Shown: positions 48,683 through 59,683, counted from the stretch's first letter. The stretch: 64,000 nt of DNA from Promethearchaeota archaeon (GCA_016839705.1 JAEOTR010000032.1:1-64000), one strand, 5' to 3'. Numbers and translations: made by a program. Notes: generated by a model not told the origin, from the letters alone.

Positions 48683-49720
48683 ATGAAAACTGTAGAATTA
48701 GCAGGCACCAAATTTGAAGCTAGGAATGGCTTTCTTGATTTGGGTCTTTTAGAAATCAAAGATATCGATGAGATCATAGGTTTAGACAAACTTAAAGATT
48801 TAACACATCTTGAACTTAGTTCTAATGAAATCATTGTTATAAAAAGATTAGACAATTTAATTGATTTAAAAATTTTAAATTTAGGAAGTAATAAGATAAT
48901 TGAAATAGAAGGCTTAGAAAATTTACAGAATCTTGAAGTTTTACATTTAATAAGTAACAAAATAAGAAAAATAAAAGGGCTTGAGAATTTAACCAATCTG
49001 AAAGAGCTTTATCTTCGGGGAAATCAAATTGAAAAATTAGAAGGCTTAGAAAATTTAACATCTCTTCAAAGATTAGATTTATCATGGAATAATATCTCTA
49101 AAGTAGAAGGACTTGATAACTTGAGAAACCTTGAGGTTTTATGGGTTGCTGGAAATCAATTAAAAAAAATCGAAAATTTGGAAAATCAGACAAATTTAGA
49201 GATATTAAACATTGCGGGGAATCAAATATCACATATCCAAGGGTTAAAAAATATAAAGAAATTAAAAAGTCTTTATCTAAATAATAATTCAATCGAAAAA
49301 ATAGAAAATCTTGAATCATTAGAACAACTTGAAACTTTATGGTTAAATTCCAATCAGATCTCAGAAATTAAGGGATTAGATGGGTGTAAGGAATTAAAAA
49401 TATTGAATTTAAAACAAAATAAGATTAGTCATATTAGAGGTTTATACTCATTAACTCAATTAGAAAATCTTTTCCTATCAGAAAATAATATTGGTGAAAT
49501 TAAAGGAATTGAACCTTTAACAAAACTAGAAACGCTTGATTTGGGTCAAAATCGAATAATTCAAGTTAAAGGTTTAGAGTCTCTAATGAATTTAAAGGAT
49601 TTATGGTTAGCGGATAATTTAATTCCACAAAAAATAATAGAACAATTGGGTGGTTTAGATTCAGGTGGTTGCGCAAATGATCCTTTACAATTTGTTCAAT
49701 ACTGTCTTATTAATCTTTAG
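48683..49720 (+). CDS. SDS22-like leucine-rich repeat protein
   Basis: About 13 regular 22-aa repeats LxxLxLxxNxIxxIEGLENL; start ATG 48683 or GTG 48674. Confidence 0.92.
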   Translation: MKTVELAGTKFEARNGFLDLGLLEIKDIDEIIGLDKLKDLTHLELSSNEIIVIKRLDNLIDLKILNLGSNKIIEIEGLENLQNLEVLHLISNKIRKIKGLENLTNLKELYLRGNQIEKLEGLENLTSLQRLDLSWNNISKVEGLDNLRNLEVLWVAGNQLKKIENLENQTNLEILNIAGNQISHIQGLKNIKKLKSLYLNNNSIEKIENLESLEQLETLWLNSNQISEIKGLDGCKELKILNLKQNKISHIRGLYSLTQLENLFLSENNIGEIKGIEPLTKLETLDLGQNRIIQVKGLESLMNLKDLWLADNLIPQKIIEQLGGLDSGGCANDPLQFVQYCLINL

Positions 49721-49860
49721 AGATTTAAAAAAAATATTATGGTAATATCATTTGAACCTAAGTCATATTTAAGTATGGTTTGTCTTTACATAGATAAAAT
49801 ATATTTGATAAATTGTATTAATTAGATTATATTGGAATTAACATATTAGAGTTTAAGTAA

Positions 49861-51114
49861 ATGTTAGATATTAACCCTTTTGAAAGTGCGAAAAAAAAAC
49901 TCGATATCGCTGCGGAAGTAATTGGTTTAGATGCAAATACTGTGAAATATCTAAAGAAAGTAGAACGTAGTTTAATAGTTTCTATACCTGTAATTATGGA
50001 TGATGGTTCTCTCCAAATTTTTGAGGGTTACAGAGTTCACCATTCTACCTTGCGTGGACCAGCTAAAGGTGGGTTAAGATATTCCCCAGATGTAACTCTT
50101 GATGAAATTAAAGCATTAGCTTTTTTGATGACTTTCAAAACGAGTTTACTAGAATTACCTTTAGGCGGTTCAAAAGGCGGAGTTCGCGTTGAGAAAAAGA
50201 ATTTATCTATAAATGAATTAAGAAAACTCACAAGAAGATATACTTCAGAAATATTAAACATGATTGGCCCTGATATTGATATCCTCGCACCAGATTTGAA
50301 TACTGGAGAACAGGAAATGGCCTGGATTATGGATACGTATTCCATGAATAAAGGCAGATCTTGTCCAGGTGTAGTCACAGGAAAACCCATTGACATTGGT
50401 GGAACAGTTGGACGCACCGATGCACCTGGAACGGGAATGTTTTATATTCTTGAAGCTTTATGTGAAATAGAGAATTTCAGCATATCCTCTAGTAAAGTCG
50501 CTATTCAAGGTTTCGGAAAAGTCGGGAGTATAGTTGCTCAGATTTTAAGTAGTGTTGGATGTAAAATAATTGCTGTTACAGATTCTAAAGGTGGAATTTA
50601 TTCTGATAAAGGTTTAAATATTAATAAGCTAATCAGTTGGAAGCAAAAAGGTAACTTTCTAAGCGATTATAATGAAAGTGATATAAAAATCATATCTAAT
50701 GAAGAGTTATTATCTACAGAATGTGATATACTCATTCCCGCAGCTATAGAGAATCAAATTTATAGCGGGAATGCAGATAATGTTAACTGTAAAATAATAC
50801 TGGAGGGAGCAAATAGCCCTACAACTTCTCAAGCGGACGAAATCCTGAATGAAAAAAGAATCATTGTGATCCCAGATATTCTTGCTAACGCAGGTGGTTT
50901 GTGTGTATCTTATTTTGAATATATTCAAGATATACATTCATACTTTTGGGACCTTGAAAGAGTGAATAGGGAGATGAAACGAATTTTACTTAGAGCTTTC
51001 GAATTTGTTCTAAATTTATCACAAGAGAAAGAAATAACATATAGAACAGCGGCTTATGCTATAGGGGCAGAAAGATTAGGAAGAGCACATGAGTTAAGAG
51101 GGCTATTCCCATGA
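49861..51114 (+). CDS. gdhA: Glu/Leu/Phe/Val dehydrogenase, copy 1 (more divergent)
   Basis: KGGLRY, GGSKGG, APDLNT, GFGKVG, EGANSPT, PDILANAGG. Confidence 0.9.
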   Translation: MLDINPFESAKKKLDIAAEVIGLDANTVKYLKKVERSLIVSIPVIMDDGSLQIFEGYRVHHSTLRGPAKGGLRYSPDVTLDEIKALAFLMTFKTSLLELPLGGSKGGVRVEKKNLSINELRKLTRRYTSEILNMIGPDIDILAPDLNTGEQEMAWIMDTYSMNKGRSCPGVVTGKPIDIGGTVGRTDAPGTGMFYILEALCEIENFSISSSKVAIQGFGKVGSIVAQILSSVGCKIIAVTDSKGGIYSDKGLNINKLISWKQKGNFLSDYNESDIKIISNEELLSTECDILIPAAIENQIYSGNADNVNCKIILEGANSPTTSQADEILNEKRIIVIPDILANAGGLCVSYFEYIQDIHSYFWDLERVNREMKRILLRAFEFVLNLSQEKEITYRTAAYAIGAERLGRAHELRGLFP

Positions 51115-51144
51115 TTAAAAAAAATATAAATTAAGTGAAAAAGT

Positions 51145-52395
51145 TTGGAATTAAATCCGTATGAAGTAGCGAAAGAACAAATTGATATAGTTGCAAAAGA
51201 AATGGGATTAGATCCCAATGTGACAAGATATCTCAAGAGAATTGAGAGAGCCCTAATCGTATCTATCCCAATAATGATGGATGACGGCTCACTTCAGATT
51301 TTTGAAGGTTACCGCGTTCATCATTCGACTGTTCGAGGTCCAGGAAAAGGAGGTATAAGATTTGCCCCAAATGTAAATCTTGATGAAGTAAAAGCTTTGG
51401 CAACTTGGATGACTTGGAAATGTAGCCTACTAAAACTACCATTAGGGGGTGCTAAAGGAGGAATTTGTGTGAATCCAAGAGAGTTATCAAAAAAAGAATT
51501 GGAAAAACTTACTAGGAGATATGCTACAGCGATTATTAATTTTATTGGCCCTGACATCGATGTCCCAGCTCCAGATGTAAACACAAATGCACAAATAATG
51601 GCCTGGATCATGGATACCTATAGTATGAACAAAGGAATGGCTGTACCCGGAGTTGTTACTGGAAAGCCAATTGAAATTGGTGGATCAGTCGGTAGAAATT
51701 CTGCAACTGGGATGGGTTTGTACTTTGTTATCGATGCAATGTGTGAAAAATTAGAAATGAAATTAGAAACGCAAAAAATTATTGTCCAAGGATTTGGTAA
51801 TGTAGGGGGTTGGATTGCCAAGTTATTATACGATCGTGGTTGTAAAATTTTGGCAGTTTCGGATATTTCTGGTGGACTTTATTATTCTGAAGGCTTGGAA
51901 ATTGAAAAATTGCTTGAGTGGACACGCCAAGGAAACTATTTAAAAGACTATAATGATAAGCGTTATAAGCTAATAACAAATGAGGAATTACTTACAACCG
52001 GATGCGATATATTAATCCCAGCGGCTCTTGAAAATCAAATAACCAAAGATAATGTAAATGATATTAAATGTAAAATCGTACTAGAAGGGGCAAATGGACC
52101 TACAAGTCCTGAAGCAGATCAAATATTGTTTAAAAAAGGAATACATGTTATTCCAGATATTCTTGCTAATGCTGGTGGTGTCTGTGTTTCATATTTTGAG
52201 TACGTTCAAGATATTCACGCTTATTTTTGGGATTTAGATCGAATAAATAAAGAATTAAAAAGGATTCTTATTGAAGCTTTTGAGGATGTGTATGAAATTT
52301 ATAAGGAAAGAGCTATTCCACTTCGCACAGCAGCTTATATAATCGCTGTATCTCGAATTGCAAAGGCCTTTGATTTAAGAGGGATTTTTCCATAA
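51145..52395 (+). CDS. gdhA: Glutamate dehydrogenase, copy 2 (canonical motifs)
   Basis: KGGIRF, MTWK, GGAKGG, DVPAPDVNT, GRNSATG, GFGNVG, EGANGPT. Confidence 0.93.
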   Translation: MELNPYEVAKEQIDIVAKEMGLDPNVTRYLKRIERALIVSIPIMMDDGSLQIFEGYRVHHSTVRGPGKGGIRFAPNVNLDEVKALATWMTWKCSLLKLPLGGAKGGICVNPRELSKKELEKLTRRYATAIINFIGPDIDVPAPDVNTNAQIMAWIMDTYSMNKGMAVPGVVTGKPIEIGGSVGRNSATGMGLYFVIDAMCEKLEMKLETQKIIVQGFGNVGGWIAKLLYDRGCKILAVSDISGGLYYSEGLEIEKLLEWTRQGNYLKDYNDKRYKLITNEELLTTGCDILIPAALENQITKDNVNDIKCKIVLEGANGPTSPEADQILFKKGIHVIPDILANAGGVCVSYFEYVQDIHAYFWDLDRINKELKRILIEAFEDVYEIYKERAIPLRTAAYIIAVSRIAKAFDLRGIFP

Positions 52396-52427
52396 ATTTT
52401 TCAATTTTGTAATATTGTTAGTTTATT

Positions 52428-52835
52428 TTGAATAGCAATTCAGATGAGGAAGGTTTATTTCGTAAAGTAGATTGTATTCGTGTTCCTCTACCAAGTATAC
52501 AAGAAGGATTAAAATTTTATAGAGAATTGCTTGGACACCAATTAATTTGGCGAACTGATTCTGCTGTTGGATTGAATATTCCAGAAAGTGAAGCAGAATT
52601 GGTAATCCATGTAGAAACAGATGAATCCGAGACAGATATAAAGGTAAATTCTGTAGAAATCGCAGCTTTACGTTTTAAAAAGGCTGGGGGATCAATCTTA
52701 AAAGATCCATTCGATATTCCAATAGGGAAGTGCTGTGTAGTCATGGATCCATGGAGTAATAAGTTTGTGTTATTAGATTCATCGAAAGGTGTTTTCGTTA
52801 CTGATTCAAATAGAAATATATTAGGTTTGAAATAA
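52428..52835 (+). CDS. VOC/glyoxalase family protein
   Basis: FYRELLG, V.SVE, GGSIL..PFDIPIG....DPWSN. Confidence 0.88.
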   Translation: MNSNSDEEGLFRKVDCIRVPLPSIQEGLKFYRELLGHQLIWRTDSAVGLNIPESEAELVIHVETDESETDIKVNSVEIAALRFKKAGGSILKDPFDIPIGKCCVVMDPWSNKFVLLDSSKGVFVTDSNRNILGLK

Positions 52836-52959
52836 GAAAATCGCATTAAGCAAAATTCTTAATTTAACCTGTTCATAATTTATTAATTGTCAGTTTAAAT
52901 TTTTTCTACTTTCATTTTACTATGAAGTCTTGATTAGATTTTATCTAGGTATTTATAAA

Positions 52960-54231
52960 ATGACTAATATTGAACCTGTAGGGATTGAGTTTTTCTCACC
53001 ATTTAATATGAATAAATGTACTATATGTGGAGAATGTTTTCATAAATGTCCCGTAATGAAGCTATCTGAAAAGGAATCTATTGAAGAGATGAAAAAGCTT
53101 ATTAAAGGAGAAAAAACTATTAAGGTTTTAACTGAATGCCAAAGTTGCTTTTCATGTAATTTTTTTTGCCCTGAAGATGCCCATCCTACAAGCTTAATCC
53201 TACAAAGATGGAATGAACAATATAGCAATGAAGGATTGAGGAAACGGGGAAAATATTATATGACTCTCTATCCTCATTATCCAAATTTTCGATCTTATGT
53301 TATGGAACGTCTTCCGAAGAAGACAAAAGAATTGGTTAGAAAATGGGCATCTTTAGAACCATTAGAAAATGAAACTTTAACATATCCAGGTTGTAATATT
53401 ATAACATTCGCAGAACTAACTCAAGCAAGTTTTTTTAAAGAATTAGACATAAGAGGACGTTTAGAATATTGTTGTGGGGAAACGTTATTTCGTACAGGTT
53501 ATCGTGATGAGTTATTTCAGGTTACAAAAAGATTGGATAAATGGTTTAAAACACTAAATCCGAAGAAATTATTAGTTATGTGTACCGCAGGAACAAATGT
53601 GTTCAAGAATGTTCTTCCACATTACGGACTTACCTACAAGTTTGAAGAGATTAAATCTTATATACAATATCTATGGGAAAAAATTGAAAGTGGGAAAATC
53701 CAAGTAAAATATAAGCTTAACATGTCTGTAACAGTCCAAGATTCATGTTATGCAAAAATGTTTGGTGAAGAATATATGGATTTACCGAGGAGAATACTTT
53801 CTGCAATTGGGATTAATATCGTAGAAATTGATGCATGTAGAGAAAATATGCGATGTTGTGGAATCGGTGCGGGATTTTCTGTAGATTCTTCTTATCAACC
53901 ATTTAAAATTAAATCAGCAGCTTTCAGAAATTTTAAAGAGTTTAAGACATCTAAAGCTGAAGCTGTATGTGTATATTGTGCTGGGTGCTTAGCAACATTT
54001 ACAGCAAATAAAAAATTATATCCAAGAAAACTAAAAGTTTATCATATAATTGAATTATTACAATTAGCAATAGGGGAAAAACCTTCTCTTACAAATAACG
54101 CAAAGAAAAAGCGTTCGAAGCATTTTTTCTGGGGGACCATTTGGAAACAAGTTCCAAAAATATTTTCAAAAAAGACATTTCGATTAACTGAAATACCTGA
54201 AGATCCACCAGAATATGGAGATGCATGGTAA
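52960..54231 (+). CDS. Fe-S oxidoreductase, HdrD/GlpC-like (2x[4Fe-4S] plus CCG domains)
   Basis: CTICGECFHKCP, CQSCFSCNFFCP, YPGC, CCGE, QDSC, CCG.GAG, CAGC. Confidence 0.88.
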   Translation: MTNIEPVGIEFFSPFNMNKCTICGECFHKCPVMKLSEKESIEEMKKLIKGEKTIKVLTECQSCFSCNFFCPEDAHPTSLILQRWNEQYSNEGLRKRGKYYMTLYPHYPNFRSYVMERLPKKTKELVRKWASLEPLENETLTYPGCNIITFAELTQASFFKELDIRGRLEYCCGETLFRTGYRDELFQVTKRLDKWFKTLNPKKLLVMCTAGTNVFKNVLPHYGLTYKFEEIKSYIQYLWEKIESGKIQVKYKLNMSVTVQDSCYAKMFGEEYMDLPRRILSAIGINIVEIDACRENMRCCGIGAGFSVDSSYQPFKIKSAAFRNFKEFKTSKAEAVCVYCAGCLATFTANKKLYPRKLKVYHIIELLQLAIGEKPSLTNNAKKKRSKHFFWGTIWKQVPKIFSKKTFRLTEIPEDPPEYGDAW

Positions 54232-55595
54232 GTATGACTATTGGTAAAAGGATTTCGGCTTTTAATGAAGAAAAGTGTGATTTATGTGGACAATGCTTTC
54301 ATTTATGTCCCGTTTTACAATTATCTTTAGAAGAATCAAAAAAAGAAATTAAAAGCTTAATTGAAGGTAAAGAATCTAAATATGTACTTTCTAAATGCAA
54401 TACGTGTTTTTCATGTAATTTATACTGTCCTCAAAAAGCTAACCCTTATCAATTAATTCTTGAGAGATGGAATGATTTATACAAGAAACGTGGAGCACCT
54501 CCATTATATAAATTTGTTTGCCCAACAGAATTACCCAATATTTGGCAATTGATTAATTTATTTCTATCTGATCAAGAACAGAAGTGGATTTCTAATTGGA
54601 TGAATTATTCTCCTAAACCTGAAGATACAATCCTGATCATAGGGAATTACACCCATTTGTTTCCTTTTATAATAGGAGGAAGTAATTTATTAGATTTTTT
54701 CAAACCAATTGATCTAATCGATCAATGGGAAGGTGGAGCTTATTTATATCAGGGAGGATATCTAGACGTTGTTGCTAAAATTGCTGAAAAATGCAAAGCT
54801 GATTTTGATAAATGGGATGTTAAAAATATTGCTCATACTTTAGACGCAGTACAATTTATCTTTTCAGAGATTCATCCAAAGGAAATGGGAGTTACCCATA
54901 ATCGAAATTTTATTAATTTTAATGATTGGATATTAGATAGTCTTAAATCTGGGGAATTACCGATCACAAAGAAATTAAAATTTAGTGTAACTATTCATGA
55001 TAATTGTTATTCAAAAGCTTTAAATGGAATTTATTGGGATCCTCCACGAAAAATCTTAGAATTATGTGGATGTGAAATTAAGGAAATGGAACATATCAAA
55101 AAAGATTCTCTCTGCTGTGGATTTGGGGCAGGAGCTTCTTGGGTAAGAAATATTTCAATTCCCTTTGATATTATTTCAGAAGGATGCAAGAAATTTAAAG
55201 AAGCAGAAGAAACAGGGGCAAATGCGCTAATTTCTTATTGTAGTGGTTGCTTATATTTATTATGGGCAACTCGTGAACTTGTTGGTAGTAAAATTGATTT
55301 GTATCATATTTTAGAAATAGTAAGGATGGCTATGGGAGAACAATTACAATACCCCAAAATTCATATAAAACGAGCTTGGGATATAATTGCGATTATAACC
55401 TATCAATTACTAATTTCAGTATTGCAAAACAATTTCTTCATTAAGCGTATTAGTTATGATAAAAATAGGAGTACATTCAAACCAAAAAATTACTTTTTAT
55501 TAAGAATAATTAGGAACTTATTTCGGATTAGGATTATCAGAAAGATTTTCAGAAAATTATTCCTATTCCAAATGAAGATAATGAAAACAAGATAG
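54225..55595 (+). CDS. Fe-S oxidoreductase, HdrD/GlpC-like, with degenerate first CCG domain
   Basis: CDLCGQCFHLCP, CNTCFSCNLYCP, HDNC, CCGFGAG, CSGC. Confidence 0.88.
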   Translation: MVSMTIGKRISAFNEEKCDLCGQCFHLCPVLQLSLEESKKEIKSLIEGKESKYVLSKCNTCFSCNLYCPQKANPYQLILERWNDLYKKRGAPPLYKFVCPTELPNIWQLINLFLSDQEQKWISNWMNYSPKPEDTILIIGNYTHLFPFIIGGSNLLDFFKPIDLIDQWEGGAYLYQGGYLDVVAKIAEKCKADFDKWDVKNIAHTLDAVQFIFSEIHPKEMGVTHNRNFINFNDWILDSLKSGELPITKKLKFSVTIHDNCYSKALNGIYWDPPRKILELCGCEIKEMEHIKKDSLCCGFGAGASWVRNISIPFDIISEGCKKFKEAEETGANALISYCSGCLYLLWATRELVGSKIDLYHILEIVRMAMGEQLQYPKIHIKRAWDIIAIITYQLLISVLQNNFFIKRISYDKNRSTFKPKNYFLLRIIRNLFRIRIIRKIFRKLFLFQMKIMKTR

Positions 55596-55739
55596 GTGTA
55601 TATTAGTAACTGGATGAATTATAAAGATTTTGAATATTTAAGTCGAAGTGCAAATTTTAGATAATTTTTTATAATATAATCTTTAATAAGGTAAACAAGA
55701 TTATCTTTTCTACTAAGACCAATTTTTAAGGCGTTTAGA

Positions 55740-56327
55740 TTGAGTAATGAACTTGATAAAATAATAAATTTTATGAAACTAAAAAGAGAACCTGTAGAAG
55801 AAACGATTAAAGACACCAATTCTACCAATTTTGCACTATATTTAATAACAATTTCAATCATATTAGGTGCAATACAAACTCTATTACAAAACTTACTGGC
55901 TCAAGATTTATATGAATGGATAATAAGCATATTTGGTGTTGCTCGTCCCAGTGTTACGAGAATTATAATGGATGCCGTTGCTAACAATATAATTTTTCCA
56001 GTTTTTGCGATTATCCTTGTATTCTACATAGGAAATGCCATCAAAGGAGAAGCAGACTCATTTAACCATGTCATAAGAGCTATTGGATATTCAACTCCGC
56101 CATTGATAATAAGCACATTATTTTCATTCTTGTCATTGATTCCACACATAGCAATAGATATACTAGTAGGATTTGCTAATTTCGCTTTTGGAATTTGGTT
56201 CGTGCTTGTATTAATTTTTGCTCTTATGTTAACCTTTAAAAAGGGAGCCTTAACAGCTATTGGTGCGCTTATAATCTCAGCAATAATTGCTGGAATAGCA
56301 ACATCATGGACTGTCTTCATTCCTTAA
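55740..56327 (+). CDS. Yip1-domain membrane protein
   Basis: 5 TM; G.A.F....RAIGYS.PP and W...L.I.AL pattern. Confidence 0.8.
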   Translation: MSNELDKIINFMKLKREPVEETIKDTNSTNFALYLITISIILGAIQTLLQNLLAQDLYEWIISIFGVARPSVTRIIMDAVANNIIFPVFAIILVFYIGNAIKGEADSFNHVIRAIGYSTPPLIISTLFSFLSLIPHIAIDILVGFANFAFGIWFVLVLIFALMLTFKKGALTAIGALIISAIIAGIATSWTVFIP

Positions 56328-56409
56328 CTTTATTTTTTTTAAAATATCACTTGCTAATTTTATTCAGAAGTTGATTTTATATTCAAAATTAAAAAAAAAG
56401 GATTATAAT

Positions 56410-57501
56410 TTAAGAGCTTGTACCATCAACATTAATTCCACCGGTGGTTGTTGTCAAACTAAGTGTGTATGTACTATTTGCTGTTCCATAATCAAGAGAT
56501 TCAAAGGGATTTGAGCTTATAGCAGAAAAGCCACCACTATTAGTACGTGCATAACTACCAGTCGTTGTTGCTCCTAAAAAACTAGCACCAACAATTGCTT
56601 GATTATCTTTATATGTAACTCCAATGCCCCCCGTTGTTGTAACCAGAGAGCCAGTAATATTAACACCCATATCGATATATTGATAAATGTTCGCAATAAC
56701 CTCACCGGTAGTTGACACCAAATTCAATACGCTGTTTTGAGAGTATACCATGTTATAACTATTTAGAGTTATTTTACCTGTTGTACTTGTTCCACTTATA
56801 TCATTTCCCATAACACAATTAGTAAAATTCAATGTGAGTAAACCTGTTGTTGATGTTGTTGTTAATCCTTGTGAAAAATTAACGTTTTTAGCAAAAATGT
56901 CAACTTTACCGGTGGTTCCCCCTGCTTGGACATTTCCACTAAAGGTGACATTTTCATTTGCATTCAATGTGATGGAACCAGTTGTTGAATGCAAAATTGT
57001 ATTATTCAAATCCATATTATCAGGAATATCCAGGTTTATTAAGCCTGTGGTTGATGCAGCAGCAATATCATAGTTTACATCAGTTCTAAGTGTAACATCA
57101 ATTGTAATTATTTGAATAATAGGGAAGATAAACCATGTTATTGGGTTATTCTCAAGACTAAAAGTAGTTACCGGCTCGCTCACATTTGCCCATATAATAG
57201 GTTTGAAAAAATCTGAAAAAGATTTACCAGCTACAAAACCACCACTGACTTTAATATCTAATTCTAATTTTACAGCATAATTGGTTGGTGTGGAATTGTA
57301 TTTTATGTTAATACTTCCTACATCACTAGAAAAGCTAACTTTTTCCCATGATGAGGGAACGCCAGGATCATAATAATAGTTATTAGAATATGCGAATTCA
57401 CCCCAAGTGGCAACTACTACTATCCCAAAAGCAACTCCCCCACTCACAAGTAGTCCAGCTATAATTAGGAAAACTATGTTTCTTCTTATCATATTTACCA
57501 T
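56410..57501 (-). CDS. Membrane-anchored beta-strand-repeat (DUF4097/adhesin-like) protein
   Basis: N-terminal TM; about 9 [ST]TTG.I.L-type repeats. Confidence 0.7.
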   Translation of the reverse strand: MVNMIRRNIVFLIIAGLLVSGGVAFGIVVVATWGEFAYSNNYYYDPGVPSSWEKVSFSSDVGSINIKYNSTPTNYAVKLELDIKVSGGFVAGKSFSDFFKPIIWANVSEPVTTFSLENNPITWFIFPIIQIITIDVTLRTDVNYDIAAASTTGLINLDIPDNMDLNNTILHSTTGSITLNANENVTFSGNVQAGGTTGKVDIFAKNVNFSQGLTTTSTTGLLTLNFTNCVMGNDISGTSTTGKITLNSYNMVYSQNSVLNLVSTTGEVIANIYQYIDMGVNITGSLVTTTGGIGVTYKDNQAIVGASFLGATTTGSYARTNSGGFSAISSNPFESLDYGTANSTYTLSLTTTTGGINVDGTSS

Positions 57502-57624
57502 TTTGATTAAATTAGTTTTGATGTTAAAATAGAATTATCCTTATTATTATATAAATAAAACTTAGACTAATTATTGAGATTAACATCTTCTTTGAAAAAA
57601 AAATTATGATTAAAAGTTTTAAAA

Positions 57625-58146
57625 TTACAATTTTTGGATCACAGAATGAGCAAATTTTTTAGCATTTTCAAGGTCTTCTGCATTCGGCCTCCCCTTTAAC
57701 CACTGTTGATGTTCTTCAGCTTCCTTTCGTTTTTCTGGAGGTAATTTTTCTAGCATAGAGTTACGTATTGCTTCAGGAACACCAATATTATCACCACAGC
57801 AATCAAATTCATTAATTATTTCTGACTTTTCTCCCATTTTTTCTTTAACAACTCTGAAGCCATCTTGATAAGGTACCCTACTCGCATGAGTGTTAAAGAA
57901 TACGAATTTAGGCGGTAATTCTGTGGCAGCATCTATTAAATCAGCTAAAGATTTGTTTACTCTACTCGCATAAATTCCTGATCCTAAAAACACCAATTCA
58001 TAATCACCCAGAGTAGAAGGATCTACTTCTTTAATTGGTTTTATTTCTACTTCTTTCCCTTCACAACCCTTATATATACTCTGAGCAATTTTTTCTGTAT
58101 TTCCAGTTTGTGAATAATATGTTATTAAAATTTTCAAAATATACAC
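57625..58146 (-). CDS. Flavodoxin family protein
   Basis: YYSQTGNTEKIA, YELVFLGSGIY, P.AEDLENAKKFA. Confidence 0.88.
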   Translation of the reverse strand: MYILKILITYYSQTGNTEKIAQSIYKGCEGKEVEIKPIKEVDPSTLGDYELVFLGSGIYASRVNKSLADLIDAATELPPKFVFFNTHASRVPYQDGFRVVKEKMGEKSEIINEFDCCGDNIGVPEAIRNSMLEKLPPEKRKEAEEHQQWLKGRPNAEDLENAKKFAHSVIQKL

Positions 58147-58189
58147 CGATTAAAATAATGTGGAAGTAGTATTAAATGTAAGTAAATCC

Positions 58190-59101
58190 TTAGAAGTCTT
58201 CAATTTTTAAAGTAAAAAATTTTATAGCATTCTCAACTGTTTTCTCACTAACTAAGTTTTGCGGAACATTATGAGAAAACGCTATAGCTGCAATTGAATA
58301 TCTCACATTTGAAGGAACATTTATTGGACCTCTTTTAAAAGGATGTTGATAGTAAGAATCTGTCTCAGTAACTAATGAGCCTAAAGGGGAAAACTTAGTA
58401 ACCTTTCTCCATCTATTAAATCCATAGGCACTACTAGGAACAGAAAGCATAAATCCTTGACTCGGTAATGTTCTCCCATAGTCCTCTGGACCAGAAAAAC
58501 AATGCCACATAATTTTTTGTGGATTTAAATTGAAATCGTTTATTATTTTTAGAATTTCGTTATTAACACCATCTCTTTTATTAAACCGATGTTTTGGATT
58601 TTGTCTATCAAACTCGTTTTCCCCCGCATTTCGAACATGTAGTATATAAGGTTTGTTATAATCTTTAGTTATGTCTAAAATTTGCTTGAAAACTTCTATT
58701 TGTTTATTTCTTTTCTCTAAGGTCTTCGCATGATGAAAATCAAGACCAATTTCTCCAATAGCTAAATATTTTTCTTGATTATTCTTTATGAAATCTACCC
58801 ATTTTTTCCAATCAGAGTTATACTTATCTTTCGGGGTGTATGTAACTGTTTGGGGTGCCCAACCACATGTAAATCCAAAATTCTTATTTACTTCTTTTAT
58901 AAAATTGAGTGTGATATTTAATGTATTGATATCTATAGTGCTTGTTATTAAATACTGTCCGCCCATTTTAAAATAATTTAAATATTGTTCTCGATTAGTA
59001 GGTAAGTGGTCATTTTTAGGTCGTGGAAAGGGCATATGGCAATGAACATCAATGAATTTAAGATTTTCCTCCGGTTCGGGTATATTAATCTTTTGTGGCA
59101 T
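58190..59101 (-). CDS. tatD: TatD family metal-dependent DNase
   Basis: IDVHCH, AIGEIGLDF, LHVR, HCFSG, TETDS. Confidence 0.9.
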   Translation of the reverse strand: MPQKINIPEPEENLKFIDVHCHMPFPRPKNDHLPTNREQYLNYFKMGGQYLITSTIDINTLNITLNFIKEVNKNFGFTCGWAPQTVTYTPKDKYNSDWKKWVDFIKNNQEKYLAIGEIGLDFHHAKTLEKRNKQIEVFKQILDITKDYNKPYILHVRNAGENEFDRQNPKHRFNKRDGVNNEILKIINDFNLNPQKIMWHCFSGPEDYGRTLPSQGFMLSVPSSAYGFNRWRKVTKFSPLGSLVTETDSYYQHPFKRGPINVPSNVRYSIAAIAFSHNVPQNLVSEKTVENAIKFFTLKIEDF

Positions 59102-59269
59102 AATAATTACTGAGATATGTCAGGTGCTATGGATACTTGAAATAATTTTAAAGATATAATTTTTATCTAATTGTTGCTAAAATGTTTAATCCTGAAGATT
59201 TAATAGATTCTTACATTCTAATTGAAATTGAACTAATTCTTTAAATAAAGTCGTTTATTTAGAAGTAAC

Positions 59270-59683
59270 ATGTTAAGCCATTTAAACTCGAAACTTGAAG
59301 AGTTAGAATTAAAAAAGAAGGGTATGCAGCCAAAAATTGATGAAATAAATCTGAAACGAGATGAAGAAATCCAAACAATTAATAAAAAATATGACCATAT
59401 GATTTATGAATTAAATTATGAGATCCAGAAGGTTGAAGATAGTATTCACAACGAGATGATTCAAACTTTTATAGATATAACATCAAAAGAATTAGATTTC
59501 AAACGAAGTACGACTTTATATTCCGTTTCAGATGATCTCAAAGAATTAAAAGAAAAGATAGCAAGATTTGAGTCTTTTCCTGAAGAATTAGTGAATAAAT
59601 TGCATAAAGTAATAAATGGAGATCCAATAGAAAATATCATTTATGAACTCGATGATATTAAAAAGAAGTATTTAAGGAAATAA
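59270..59683 (+). CDS. Hypothetical coiled-coil protein
   Basis: 137-aa charged helical ORF. Confidence 0.7.
   Translation: MLSHLNSKLEELELKKKGMQPKIDEINLKRDEEIQTINKKYDHMIYELNYEIQKVEDSIHNEMIQTFIDITSKELDFKRSTTLYSVSDDLKELKEKIARFESFPEELVNKLHKVINGDPIENIIYELDDIKKKYLRK

Noticed and set aside
48683-49720. 66-nt periodicity that could suggest a repeat array or CRISPR
   Set aside because: Explained by 22-aa LRR coding repeats; no identical repeats with unique spacers.
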